A stretch of 64,000 bases of DNA from Nemertoderma westbladi. Taxonomy: Eukaryota > Animalia > Xenacoelomorpha. Both the position numbers and the translations under genes were made by a program. Positions within the stretch are counted from its first letter, which is position 1. Each line of letters begins with the position of its first letter. Shown piece by piece: positions 52,581 through 64,000 of this stretch. Under the pieces are notes generated by a model. The model did not search any database and was not told the origin of the DNA. It saw nothing but the letters and a program-made list of their open reading frames with translations. The stretch is from assembly GCA_032718475.1 (NCBI GenBank), contig JAUCBJ010000602.1, positions 1-64,000 of the forward strand. The letters run 5' to 3'.

Positions 52581-53190
52581 GCTGGGTAGTACCTGGTGCT
52601 GGGTAGTACCTGGTGCTGGGTAGTACCTGAGGCCAGGTAGTACCTGAGGCCAGGTTGCACCTGAGGCCAGGTATTACCTGAGGCCAGGTAGTACCTGAGG
52701 CCAGGTAGTACCTGAGGCCATGTAGTACCTGATGCCAGGTAGTACCTGTGGCCAGGTAGTACCTGGTGCTGGGTAGTACCTGGTACGAGGTAGTACCTGG
52801 TGCCAGGTAGTACCTGGTGCCAGGTAGTACCTGAGGCCAGGTAGTACCTGAGGCCAGGTAGTACCTGAGGCCAGGTAGCACCTGAGGCCAGGTATTACCT
52901 GAGGCCAGGTAGTACCTGAGGCCAGGTAGTACCTGAGGCCAGGTAGTACCTGGTGCCGGGTAGTACCTGGTGCCGGGTAGTACCTGGCGCCAGGTAGTAC
53001 CTGAGGCCAGGTAGTACCTGGTGCCGTCTAGTACCTGGTGCCAGGTAGTACCTGGTGCCAGGTAGTACCTGGTGCTGCGTAGTACCTGGTACGGGGTAGT
53101 ACCTGGTGCCGGGTAGTACCTGGTGCCTGGTAGTACCTGGTGCCGGTAGTACTAGTACCTTGTACGGTACATGTAGTACCTGGTGCCGGG
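52570..53190. repeat. 17-bp minisatellite (~36 copies) related to the adjacent 33-mer
   Basis: Units TAGTACCTGAGGCCAGG / TAGTACCTGGTGCCAGG share the TAGTACCTGGTGCC core with the 33-mer. Confidence 0.9.
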
Positions 53191-53508
53191 TAAATGAAGC
53201 CAAATACAGTAGTAACTGCAACAGTCAACAGTTTATATGTAAATAAATCTGGTATGGAATTTTTTTTGGAGGGGGGGGGGGGGGGGGGTCGACTTTATAG
53301 TTTTGTGCGGTTTTAAACGAATAAAAGAGAAGACTAAATGACAGAACGTCATCTCATGGTACTAAGATATAGTTGATATATTATTTCAATAATTGTGATC
53401 GCAATTGTGTTAATTGTGTTAATGTTGATAATAAATATGGACCTAATACCGATGAAATATAAAGTGGAAGTTTAGCAAAACGTTTGGCAGAAAATAAATC
53501 TCATCCAT

Positions 53509-53944
53509 CTAACATGCGTCGTCGTCGGAAGATGAGCCTTTGGAGAACATGTAAAATGGCGGACCCAAACCGTAAAACTGACGGAAGTCTGACGGAAGGC
53601 CGCTTCCGGTGGATAGACTGCTCAGTGACTCGTTCAGTCTATTAGTTCCTTCGTCTCTAAACATCCGGACCTGATCGGGATCAGTATCAGCTAGGTTTAC
53701 ATCATCCACGTACTTATGAATCACCTCGGAGTCCAATGAGGTAACGTCATTAGTGGGTTCAGTAGATACGCTCTCTATATCAATTGAGTCAGTGGGTATA
53801 GGTATAACTCTTGTCTTTAGTTTGTTTACCGGGTATGATTGTCCTGGGGATGTGATTGGTTTCTCGTATGGTCGCATTAACGCGGTCTCACGTGTCGGAA
53901 CTAACGCCAACTGAAGGGGCGTCTCGTCACTTAACTTTTCTAGC
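53509..53944 (-). CDS. Terminal exon of an uncharacterised convergent gene
   Basis: Minus-strand ttttag|G CTA GAA AAG... open to TAG at 53511-53509; phase 2 matches the upstream exon ending ...CTC AG|gtagat. Confidence 0.75.
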
Positions 53945-54277
53945 CTAAAATATAATATATCAGTATTTATTTCGTGTAAAATAAAATATTATGTTCATTA
54001 CTAAAGGTAGGGAAAGATAATTCCGGACGTAATTTGTTAAGGACAAAATATTTATGTTCTTGAGAGCGATGATGCAGAAATCAACATACGATTAAAATTA
54101 TCAGATATTGAGAGAATGCTACAAGCAATTGCATAACTTGATGACTTTAAAATAATGATAATATTACAACAAGTAAATAAAATAATTAGTTAATGAATTA
54201 TATTATATTGAAAAATTATCGGTATTAAATTTAATAAAAAAAATAAAATTTAAGTATTATAATGTGGCATCATCTAC

Positions 54278-56046
54278 CTGAGAATCGTAGTGTCACTGTC
54301 CGAATCAGCAGCCAAGTTGTCTATTGCATTGTGTCTAAGATCCGCAATAAATCCGTCGGAGGTACGCCGTGAGTCTCCAACATATCTGAGGTCTGTACAG
54401 AGATCTATTTCAGGGTGACTTGGCGAGCGAGATTGGGATCCAGTGTGGGGGGTAGTTGCTACTCTCAACAAAGGCAAGGCTCGTTGCATCGGCGTGCTGA
54501 TGTCGATGGTTTCTTGACGAAGGTCTGGGGCTACCACGGTGTTAGACACTAACATACCTCTAGGCGCCACCATACCTCCAGGCACTCTCGTATCATCATC
54601 TTTAAGTGTCTCTTCAGACAATATAGACCCTTCGGAGATATCCGAAACGCTCTCTTCGTCACCCCAAATAATGTCCGCTTTACAAGAACTGCTGCCACTG
54701 TCCGGGTTATCAAACGCTCGTCTGTTTCGATCCAAAGCGGATTGGTTTCCCGGAATACCGAATGAACGTCCCCCGTATCGAATGTCGTCTTCATTATTTG
54801 ACACTTCCATCATCCGAGGTCCCGTCACATGTATGTTCCTCACGTACCGAGTAGGTATGTCATAAGGTGACGGACCTTCGGGGTCGTAGTATCGATTCAA
54901 TGCTTCATTTGGGTAGCGGTACGATGTTTCAATAGGGTACGCTGTTTCATTAGGGTACGATGTTTCATTAGGGTACGATGTTTCATTAGGGTACGCTGTT
55001 TCATTAGGGTACGATGTTTCATTAGGGTACGCTGTTTCATTAGGGTACGCTGTTTCATTAGGGTACGATGTTTCATTGGGGTACGATGTTTCATTAGGGT
55101 ACGCTGTCTCAATAGGGTACGCAGTTTCATTAGGGTACGATGTTTCATTAGGGTACGATGTTTCATTAGGGTACGCTGTTTCATTAGGGTACGATGTTTC
55201 ATTAGGGTACGATGTTTCATTGGGGTACGATGTTTCATTAGGGTACGCGGTCTCAATAGGGTACGCAGTTTCATTAGGGTACGATGTTTCATTGGGGTAC
55301 GATGTTTCATTAGGGTACGCTGTCTCAATAGGGTACGCAGTTTCATTAGGGTACGATGTTTCATTAGGGTACGCTGTTTCAATAGGGTACTCTGTTTCAT
55401 TAGGGTACGCTGTTTCATTAGGGTACGCTGTTTCATTAGGGTACGCTGTTTCATTATGGTACGATGTTTCATTAGGGTACGCTGTTTCATTAGGGTACGA
55501 TGTTTCTTTAGGGTACGCTGTTTCATTAGGGTACGATGTTTCGTTTGCGTTATACTCTGACCAATGCGAGTGAGTTTGCGATCTATACCCACCGTTGACC
55601 CGAAATGGTTTACGTTCTGGAATTGGAGGCGGCCTATCTTCCCCCACGGTTTCTATATCCACGTTACAATAGTGATTGTCGGTGTTGGATACATTGAACC
55701 CGCGGTTGACCATCCCGTTGAGCAGTCTGTCGTGATTTAACGATACATCTTCCTCGCTGGTGAAAGATGATGTCCCGAGGTTGTTATGGAAACCTACGTT
55801 ACCAAACTTGGCGGGGTTGTTATATTTATAGTCCAAGCTAACCATTGGATGAATTAGACCGACATTGAGGGTCATAGGGAATGAGTTTCCTTGAGGATCA
55901 GTAGATTTAGATCGTAAATCTTCTTGTAATATTGTCATTGGATGGGCATCGGGTCTCTTATTCGTTAATGTTCTTTCACAGTTTCCTTTTTCGCTTCGCA
56001 TTGCGGAATAAATAAATTCGCGATCTCCAGAATCCAACCCCGGACC
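54278..56046 (-). CDS. Large internal exon of an uncharacterised low-complexity protein with YPNET(A/S) repeats
   Basis: tttttag|GGT CCG GGG TTG...CTC AG|gtagat, 1769 nt, phase 0 to 2; open across >1 kb of non-repetitive sequence; no recognisable domain. Confidence 0.8.
54903..55550 (-). repeat. 18-bp coding tandem repeat (~35 copies, YPNET[A/S])
   Basis: Plus-strand unit GTTTCATTAGGGTACG(AT/CT); in frame within the exon. Confidence 0.93.
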
Positions 56047-56336
56047 CTAAAAAACAATTCCTCGTGCTAATCTATATCTATAGAGGTTTGTTAAATAATT
56101 ATATCAGTCAGTTTCAATTATTGTATGCCCAACGTGAATTGAGTCAGAAAACATATTACCTTTACCAATAGACCTACAGTACAGTAACTGTTCGTAACGT
56201 GTCACACAGCAGACGTACCATATCCGACTGTTAAACCATTAAAAAACAGTTGAAACTATTTTACATTCATTGATTCAAGTCCCCCGGGCTAGTTATAAAC
56301 CCTCGGCTCCTCGAGTAACAATGTTTAAGTCTAACA

Positions 56337-56419
56337 GTTTATGTCATGTGTACCGCTTTATGTCATGTGTACCACTTTATGTCATGTGTACCACTTTATG
56401 TCATGTGTACCACTTTATG
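56337..56419. repeat. 19-bp x4 tandem repeat
   Basis: ATGTCATGTGTACCACTTT repeated four times. Confidence 0.85.
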
Positions 56420-56960
56420 ATATCTATAACTCTATGAAACGGGTGATGAGTGCGGGACACCCCCCCCCCCCCCCCCCCCCCACCCGACACTCTTATGATC
56501 TGAACCAAACCATCCGATCCCAATAATACAAATTATATTTTATGCTCTCCGTAGCAACAAGAACTCATTATACGAAGATCATTTAAGAAAATATTTGTTA
56601 TAAGTTGTGTTATAATAATAACAAAGTAAATTTTTACATGACGCACATTATGTTAAAATTATATTGTTGACTAAAATGACAATTTCTTAAAGTTTATCTT
56701 TCTATTGGCAACTTCGACTCCAATAATTCGCTACGTATAAACGACAGTTTGAATTGCTCAAGACATTTCCGCGTAACCTCATTATTACATAGTAACAGTA
56801 TAATCCAATTGTAATTCCTCCCGTTCCGAAATCCAATACAATAATATAGTAGATTGTAAGGAATGTTGGACTTTTCAGTTTCTTATAATAGGCAAATATT
56901 GTACAATGTATAGGTTGTTAATTAATAACGTTTTAGTTATTATAGCCGCACTAATTACAC

Positions 56961-57167
56961 GATACTGTAACACATTCGTGTTGGCTGCTTCCCTCCAGTG
57001 GCAACCTCTATCTCCACACTGTCGTTAGAGACCCGATTTTTATAAACAACTGCTCCTAGCGAGATAGACGGTCTCCGCTCGTTTTCTGTATCATGGACAC
57101 CAATATCTCGAGATAATTCCATATTACTACCTCTTTCGTCGCGAGATACCGGACGCACCAACGGTAA
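56961..57167 (-). CDS. Probable upstream exon of the minus-strand gene
   Basis: ttttattag|TTA CCG TTG GTG CGT...; only one frame is open (LPLVRPVSRDERG...CYSI); the donor is ambiguous (GTGTAA phase 0 or GTAATT phase 2). Confidence 0.55.
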
Positions 57168-57872
57168 CTAATAAAAACAGATACTGTGTGAGAAAATATA
57201 AACTAAATTAATAATTAAAAGGTTAAGTTTTTAATGGAAATAGATAATTATGTATAATACAGAGAGACACACAGACAGACTTCTATATATAGTTCCTCTG
57301 TCAGCTGCTATAGGGTCGAATAACTACAGTAGGTCGTCTAACTTACGCCTACGGCTACGGCTACGCAAAGGCTTATCTGGTGAAATAATATAATCTATAT
57401 AAAATTATTATTATCATTACATTATTATTATATTCAGTATAACATTATTTATGGGTAAAAACTCAAAGTACAAACGTACTCCAAAAAACCATTGACACCA
57501 TTCGAAAAAGCCGGGCTATTTAATTCCACACACCCTTTGAATTCTACATGAATGTTCATTGAGAATAATATGAAAATAATTAAGTAAGATTTTAATTGCA
57601 ATATAAAAACGTCCCCACAGTCTAGCAGAATCAAGCTAATTAGGTCTAGCGGTACTTCAAAGGGCTGTTAAAACCTCGGAAATAGTTAGCAAAATTAATT
57701 AATATAAATTATCTATATGGTAATAATTTCGTTATTGCTTTTCTTCATTTCATTGATAATTCGATTTATTGACTCGGTATTCACGGCCTGTGCTCTATAA
57801 TATTACAATAATATATATTTTAGAAGCGAATAAATAACTACAATATTTGATGATTTGACACGGACTCACACG

Positions 57873-59690
57873 ACCCCCACTCCCTGGTCAGCCACAGAAA
57901 TATAGCCCCCACTCCCTGGTCAGCCACATAATCATAGCCCCCACTCCCTGGTCAGCCACATAAATATAGCCCCCACTCCCTGGTCAGCCACATAAATATA
58001 GCCCCCACTCCCTGGTCAGCCACATAAATATAGCCCCCACTCCCTGGTCAGCCACAGAAATATAGCCCCCACTCCCTGGTCAGCCACAGAAATATAGCCC
58101 CCACACTCTGGTCAGCCACAGTAATATATATAGCCTCCACTCCCTGGTCAGCCACATAAATATAGCCCCCACTCCCTGGTCAGCCACAGAAATATAGCCC
58201 CCACTCCCTGGTCAGCCACAGAAATATAGCCCCCACTCCCTGGTCAGCCACAGAAATATAGCCCCCACTCCCAAATCAGCCACAGAAATATAGCCCCCAC
58301 TCCCTAGTCAGCGACAAAAATATAGCCCCCACTCCCTGGTCAGCCCATAAATATAGCCCCCACTCCCTGGTCAGCCACAGTAATATAGCCCCCACTCCCT
58401 GGTCAGTCACAGAAATATAGCCCCCACTCCCTAGTCAGCCACAGAAATATAGCACCCACTCCCTAGTCAGCCACAAATATATAGCCTCCACTCCCTGGTC
58501 AGCCACATGAATATAGCCCCCACTCCCTGGTCAGCCACAGAAATATAGCCCCCACTCCCTGGTCAGCCACATAATCATAGCCCCCACTCCCTGGTCAGCC
58601 ACATAAATATAGCCCCCACTCCCTGGTCAGCCACATAAATATAGCCCCCACTCCCTGGTCAGCCACATAAATATAGCCCCCACTCCCTGGTCAGCCACAG
58701 AAATATAGCCCCCACTCCCTGGTCAGCCACAGAAATATAGCCCCCACACTCTGGTCAGCCACAGTAATATATATAGCCTCCACTCCCTGGTCAGCCACAT
58801 AAATATAGCCCCCACTCCCTGGTCAGCCACAGAAATATAGCCCCCACTCCCTGGTCAGCCACAGAAATATAGCCCCCACTCCCTGGTCAGCCACAGAAAT
58901 ATAGCCCCCACTCCCAAATCAGCCACAGAAATATAGCCCCCACTCCCTAGTCAGCGACAAAAATATAGCCCCCACTCCCTGGTCAGCCCATAAATATAGC
59001 CCCCACTCCCTGGTCAGCCACAGTAATATAGCCCCCACTCCCTGGTCAGTCACAGAAATATAGCCCCCACTCCCTAGTCAGCCACAGAAATATAGCACCC
59101 ACTCCCTAGTCAGCCACAAATATATAGCCTCCACTCCCTGGTCAGCCACATGAATATAGCCCCCACTCCCTGGTCAGCCACAGAAATATAGCCCCCACTC
59201 CCTGGTCAGCCACAGAAATATAGCCCCCACTCCCTGGTCAGCCACAGAAATATAGCCCCCACTCCCTAGTCAGCCACAGAAATATAGCCCCCACTCCCTG
59301 GTCAGCCAATAAATATAGCCCCCACTCCCTGGTCAGCCACAGAAATATAGCCCCCACTCTCTGGTCAGCCACAGTAATATAGCCTCCACTCCCTGGTCAG
59401 CCACAGAAATATAGCCCCCACTCCCTGGTCAGCCACAGAAATATATCCCTCACTCCCTGGTCAGCCACAGAAATATAGCCCCCACTCCATGGTAAGCCAC
59501 AGAAATATAGCCCCCACTCCCTGGTCAGCCACAGAAATATATCCCTCACTCCCTGGTCAGCCACAGAAATATAGCCCCCACTCCCTGGTCAGCCACAGAA
59601 ATATATCCCCCACTCCATGGTCAGCCACAGAAATAGCCCCTACTCCCTAGTCAGCCACATAAATATAGCCCCCACTCCCTCAGGTCAGCA
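57873..59690. repeat. 32-bp minisatellite (~57 copies) with a ~643-bp higher-order duplication
   Basis: Unit CCCCCACTCCCTGGTCAGCCACAGAAATATAG; the variant CCAAATC recurs at 58271 and 58914. Confidence 0.94.
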
Positions 59691-59752
59691 AAAATGATCA
59701 TTAATTAATACTGTATTTTGCATATTAATAACATATGGGTGTAATAACTATT

Positions 59753-60483
59753 TACATCATTGTGTGCAAAGTAGCACTTTGCAGCGTTATGACCCGAGTT
59801 TATTTATGTACCGAGCGAGCGCAGCGAGGGAGGTTCACATAAATAAACAAGGGTCTTTAACGCTGAAAAGTGACCTTCGCACACAATGATGTATGTAATT
59901 TTGTTACATTATGTCAACTTATCAGCGTTCGGTATGTGAAGAAAGGATTTTATGGAAACTCATTTATACATTTTAATAATGTACTATATCGATCGAATAG
60001 GCCTATAAGTGAAATTTATTAACAGGTACACAGTGCAGTATTAATTATATATTTAAATCTAATTAAAGTTATTGGAAGTTTTCTCCTGCATGGATGTGAT
60101 AAATCATTAATCCAGCTTGACTATAATTGACTGAAGCAAACTTATTCACCGTCTGTGTCCGTTCAGTTTTACTGAACACTGTCGGCATTTCCTTAGGTCA
60201 TTTTCTCTAAAGTGTTTATATTGGGTGTTTCGGCATAATGGAATAGGTACAGTATACACGTTAAACAATTATTTACATACAGAAGCTAGTCCCGTCACTG
60301 CAAACTGGATAATAAAGCAGCACTGATTAATATAAATGGAAATAATACATTCTGGAATACGGTAATTTAAGTTGTTTCCTTGCAGCGTTCCGTCCTATAG
60401 GCCGCAACGCTGCAAAGTAGTACTTTGCAGCGTTACGAGTTTAGTTCACCAGAACGCTGTTAAGTTGACATAATGTAACAAAA
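59753..60483. mobile_element. Composite foldback / MITE-like inverted-repeat element
   Basis: ~140-bp hairpin at 59753-59893, ~35-bp inverted repeats at 59899-59933 and 60448-60483, and an internal palindrome at 60406-60434 that shares sequence with the first hairpin arm. Confidence 0.65.
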
Positions 60484-61147
60484 AATTATTAGTATTTTAG
60501 AATTGTAATAAATGTGATCAATCAGGGTTTTGGACATTAATTAATTATTGTTCGAAGGAGTTGATTATAGAATTTGTAAGTATTGAAAAGGGTTTGTTTG
60601 ATATTTGATATGTAGGTCTACATTGAACAGAAAATTATAAAGATTTTATATGATTATATAATGAATATTATTATATAGAAAACTCGATTTTCTAGAAATT
60701 ATTTAGTTTCCAGGAATCCGGACCATAGTATGTCATTTCGGGACGTATGTCGCCAATTAATATGGGTTTTATATTTTTCGATTTTTTTAGTTGAGAGATA
60801 GATTAACTTAGCATAAATATCGTCCATCGAAGCTTCTTCCATAGTGAAATACGGGCATTACTATACCTTGGGTACCCATAGTTTGACCAATTTTTTTAAT
60901 ATGGAAAATGCGGTTATCACGACGTATCTTTTTCTAGAACAAGTATTTGACCTTCTGACAGTTCTAGAACAAAAATATTTATCAAAATTGATAACTAAAA
61001 AAAATAACACGTATTCTATAACATTTATAAAAAAAATTAGCAAAAACTAGCTAGTATATAAAATCAATATCATGGGATGGAATTTGAAATTTAATTCATC
61101 ATTACTTATTTTATTGACAAAAAAGTGTTATTTTTTTGTCAAACCTG

Positions 61148-61249
61148 TAAACGACTTTGACAAAAAAGTGACTTACTATACAACAAATAAAGCTAGCTAA
61201 ACGACTTTGACAAAAAAGTGACTTACTATACAACAAATAAAGCTAGCTA
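61148..61249. repeat. 50-bp tandem duplication
   Basis: TAAACGACTTTGACAAAAAAGTGACTTACTATACAACAAATAAAGCTAGC occurs twice. Confidence 0.85.
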
Positions 61250-62279
61250 CCATGGTTACAATTCACAACCAATTTGTTTAGAACTTATTGCAGAGTTGTT
61301 GTCAGCAGATGATCCCGTAAGACAGCGACAGTAATGTAGAGAGGCCTTGCATACGTGGATGGTAGTTAGGTATAGTAAATCTGGAACCGATTTTAAAAAT
61401 TGAGACTGATAATATGAGGAGAGTTCTAGAAATTCACATTTGTTGCAATTCCTTCAATGATCAAATGTCCCTTTCATATTCAAGCAACTGAAATTTATGG
61501 TAGCTATATTTTAGATAAACATAGCTATTATTTTCGGCACTACTGGTTCCGTTCTCCTACTTTACCCTATAAATTTTTTATCGTAGCATTTGTTAATTTT
61601 TATATATAATTTCATTTTTTTATACTGTAGTTCCTTTTGAAAAAATATTATTCTAGAAAGAATACCGTTTTGACTAGAGTTCCTTATAGCACTACATTTT
61701 TAAAACATATATCATTGTTACTATGGCAACGTTAAAGAGTTGTAGAACAAATGAAACGTATTATATACTATTCTAGAACATAAATAAAAAAAATATATTA
61801 CGTTCTATAACATATTGCTAGTTTTTATTAATTTAAAAATTGCTAGTAAATTAAATATAATTGTATTTAAATGAATTTCTGAATACATGTAAATGAATAT
61901 TGAAAATTGGTATATTTGTAACATATACCAGTAGCTAGTTTTTTTTTAATTAAAATACAGTAGCTACCGGTAGTAGATTAAAAAAATTTATTTTTAAGTA
62001 AATTTCAAAATACATTTAAATTAATATTGAAAATTTCCAAACTACAGTACCAAACATTAATAAAAAAAGTTTTTTATATTTTTTTAAAATTTCTAGCTAT
62101 TTTAAAATTGAAAAATAACTAGCTACTGTATATGTTCTAGAACGCTATATTTTTAATTTTATTTATGTTCTAGAATAGTGTATAATATTTATATTGTGTT
62201 CTAGAACTCTACAATGTTGCCATGGTATCCATGATTTATGGAATAAAAATGTAGTGCTACACGGATACGGAACTGTTAC

Positions 62280-62355
62280 CTTAGTTTTAATATTGTCTGC
62301 GTCAAAAGAGTCAGTCCCCCAATCTTCGACCCATCTCGGCGAATTCATATTTCGT
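62280..62355 (-). CDS. Possible further upstream exon of the minus-strand gene
   Basis: attaag|A CGA AAT ATG...ACT AAG|gtaaca; RNMNSPRWVEDWGTDSFDADNIKTK; its phase-0 end fits the acceptor at 57167. Confidence 0.35.
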
Positions 62356-63090
62356 CTTAATGTTAAATTAAAAATTAAGGGAAATGAGCGGGTTACAATT
62401 GCACATACTGTAATTCTAACCAAAACAATAAATTAAAGACAATAGAAAAGGTTACAGTTGTATTTTTAGGAGTTATCAGCGGAGCGGCATAAAACTAAAA
62501 AAAAGTAAAATTGTTATTCGGCCGTTAGGCCAGGGATTACGAGCAAAGTTTGACAACTTATTTCCAGTGCGGTACCTCTCGAACTATACTCCCCAATGGA
62601 AAAGCCAGTACTCATTTAGCTATCATTTAAGGATGCAAACAAAAATGCTAATTGTTACACCCGCTTTTTATTCCGTCGAAAGTCCCCTTATCTGTAGCTG
62701 GGAAATAAATATGAGAAATAGAGCTATAACATTTACGCTGTTACCTACTATATAAATACATAATTTCATAAATTTATTGCTTTACTGTAGAAAGGCCATA
62801 TATGAAAGCATTTAAAATGACTGAAATAGTAGACATAAAATAAGATTACTGAAATAATGTCTACCATAAGTCATATTCGTTGTATAGGAACAAAATAGAA
62901 GTGATAAAAATATATATGCATAGTTATTTCCCCCTCAAAATACCACGCCCCATTTTTAATCAACTCCCCCCAAACAAAACCCTTTTAGAAATGTTTGAAG
63001 CTTCAGCAATAAATTACTCGTTGGTGAATGAAGGTAATGGGGAATAACACACTTATTACACTATTATTGAGTTATTTTCCCGGTTATTTA

Positions 63091-63147
63091 ACCCGCGGGT
63101 AGGAAACAACCCGAGGGCGAAGCCCGAGGGTGTTCTTGCCCAAGGGT
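63091..63147. repeat. Short foldback hairpin centred on GCGAAGC
   Basis: ACCCGCGGGTAGGAAACAA-CCCGAGGGC-GAA-GCCCGAGGG-TGTTCTTGCCCAAGGGT, followed by (GTAA)n. Confidence 0.6.
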
Positions 63148-64000
63148 AGTAAGTAAGTAAGTAAGTAGGCCCAAGTAATAAATATAGATAGTTTAATAAT
63201 TAGTTTTCAATCTTTAGCTACACGAGCGTTTAAAAAACGTTGTTCAAAATTGCACCTACAACACCGAAAGTTATTCTTCAACCTTAGTCGCTTGTTTGCA
63301 CTGCTGTACATGCAAGGATTTCAAAAATATAAAAACTTTCAATTGGGTTGAGAAATAGCTGTGCACTGTCGACCACACCAAAAACCGCTATAAACGTTTT
63401 ATTAAGCGAAAGGAGCAGGTTATGTTGGCAAGTTATTATAATCAAATCAACAAACGACAGCGAACAGCGCAGGACCCAGTTACATTGTTGTTCGAAATAC
63501 GGGTTGTCGGCAGTCGCCGTAGCGTTTGCACCCTTCGAACGCCCCCATCTCAGCTATTTCGGATCGAAATTCAGATTTTGGAACCTTAAAATCGCCACAA
63601 CGTAAAATTTGAGGCACATAAATATCCGAGGTACAAAAAACCGTAGGTGGCAGCCTAGAAATACCAACTGTCGGTATCGGTAGGCCTTCATACCCACGTG
63701 TTGCTATTATTACTAGACTTTATTACGTGAAGACACTTGCAGCACGTCACCACAATAATGAAGACGCAAGGTGTCACCTTTACAGGCACTTACTTACAGC
63801 ACTGCGCTCTGCGCTCATCCTGTTGAGTAGATTTTCAACGGATGTTTAATTAAAATATATCTATGGATTTACTTTAGTTGTTCATTGTTAAAAACTTCCC
63901 ACACCTAGGTAGCAGCAAGCCTGTGTCATATCCGTTGTGATAAGCGCAGTGCGTTGGCGGATTCACTTATTCTAGGAGGTTGTTGTTTCCTGCTTATTTT

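Noticed and set aside
51226-53228. Overlapping ORFs on both strands
   Set aside because: Translations of the 33-bp and 17-bp minisatellites.
13614-56481. Poly-C/poly-G tracts (13614, 16505, 53271, 56461) giving poly-Pro ORFs
   Set aside because: Simple homopolymers in non-coding DNA with no supporting structure.
1-59690. CRISPR arrays
   Set aside because: Units are head-to-tail with no unique spacers, there are no cas genes, and the context is a spliceosomal eukaryotic gene.
57449-64000. Short ORFs and further candidate exons (e.g. 57480-57543, 62662-62699 on the minus strand)
   Set aside because: Splice phases are ambiguous and there is no recognisable homology; they cannot be supported without transcripts.

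Overview
AT-rich metazoan (invertebrate-like) genomic DNA, not prokaryotic. The + strand carries the 3' part of a Dishevelled (Dvl/Dsh) gene as 11 phase-compatible GT-AG exons from 12938 to 43830, covering the basic region, PDZ, DEP and C-terminal tail; the DIX exons lie upstream of the window. Two features stand out. (1) The second half of the PDZ domain is encoded by two tandem duplicate exons (15815-16023, 16578-16789) whose phases force mutually exclusive use. (2) Four intronic tandem arrays (48, 37, 39 and 51 bp units, tens to hundreds of copies) are amplified copies of the gene's own exon-intron junctions, always expanded into the intron with the functional splice site as the exon-proximal copy. 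The window also holds a young 5'-truncated RTE-type LINE with a TSD inside a 47-bp satellite, two tRNA-derived SINE-like elements, several other minisatellites, a convergent minus-strand gene encoding a low-complexity protein with about 35 YPNET(A/S) repeats, and foldback hairpin elements. Most long ORFs in the track are artefacts of repeat units whose length is a multiple of 3. All exon models come from reading the sequence; no transcript data were available.
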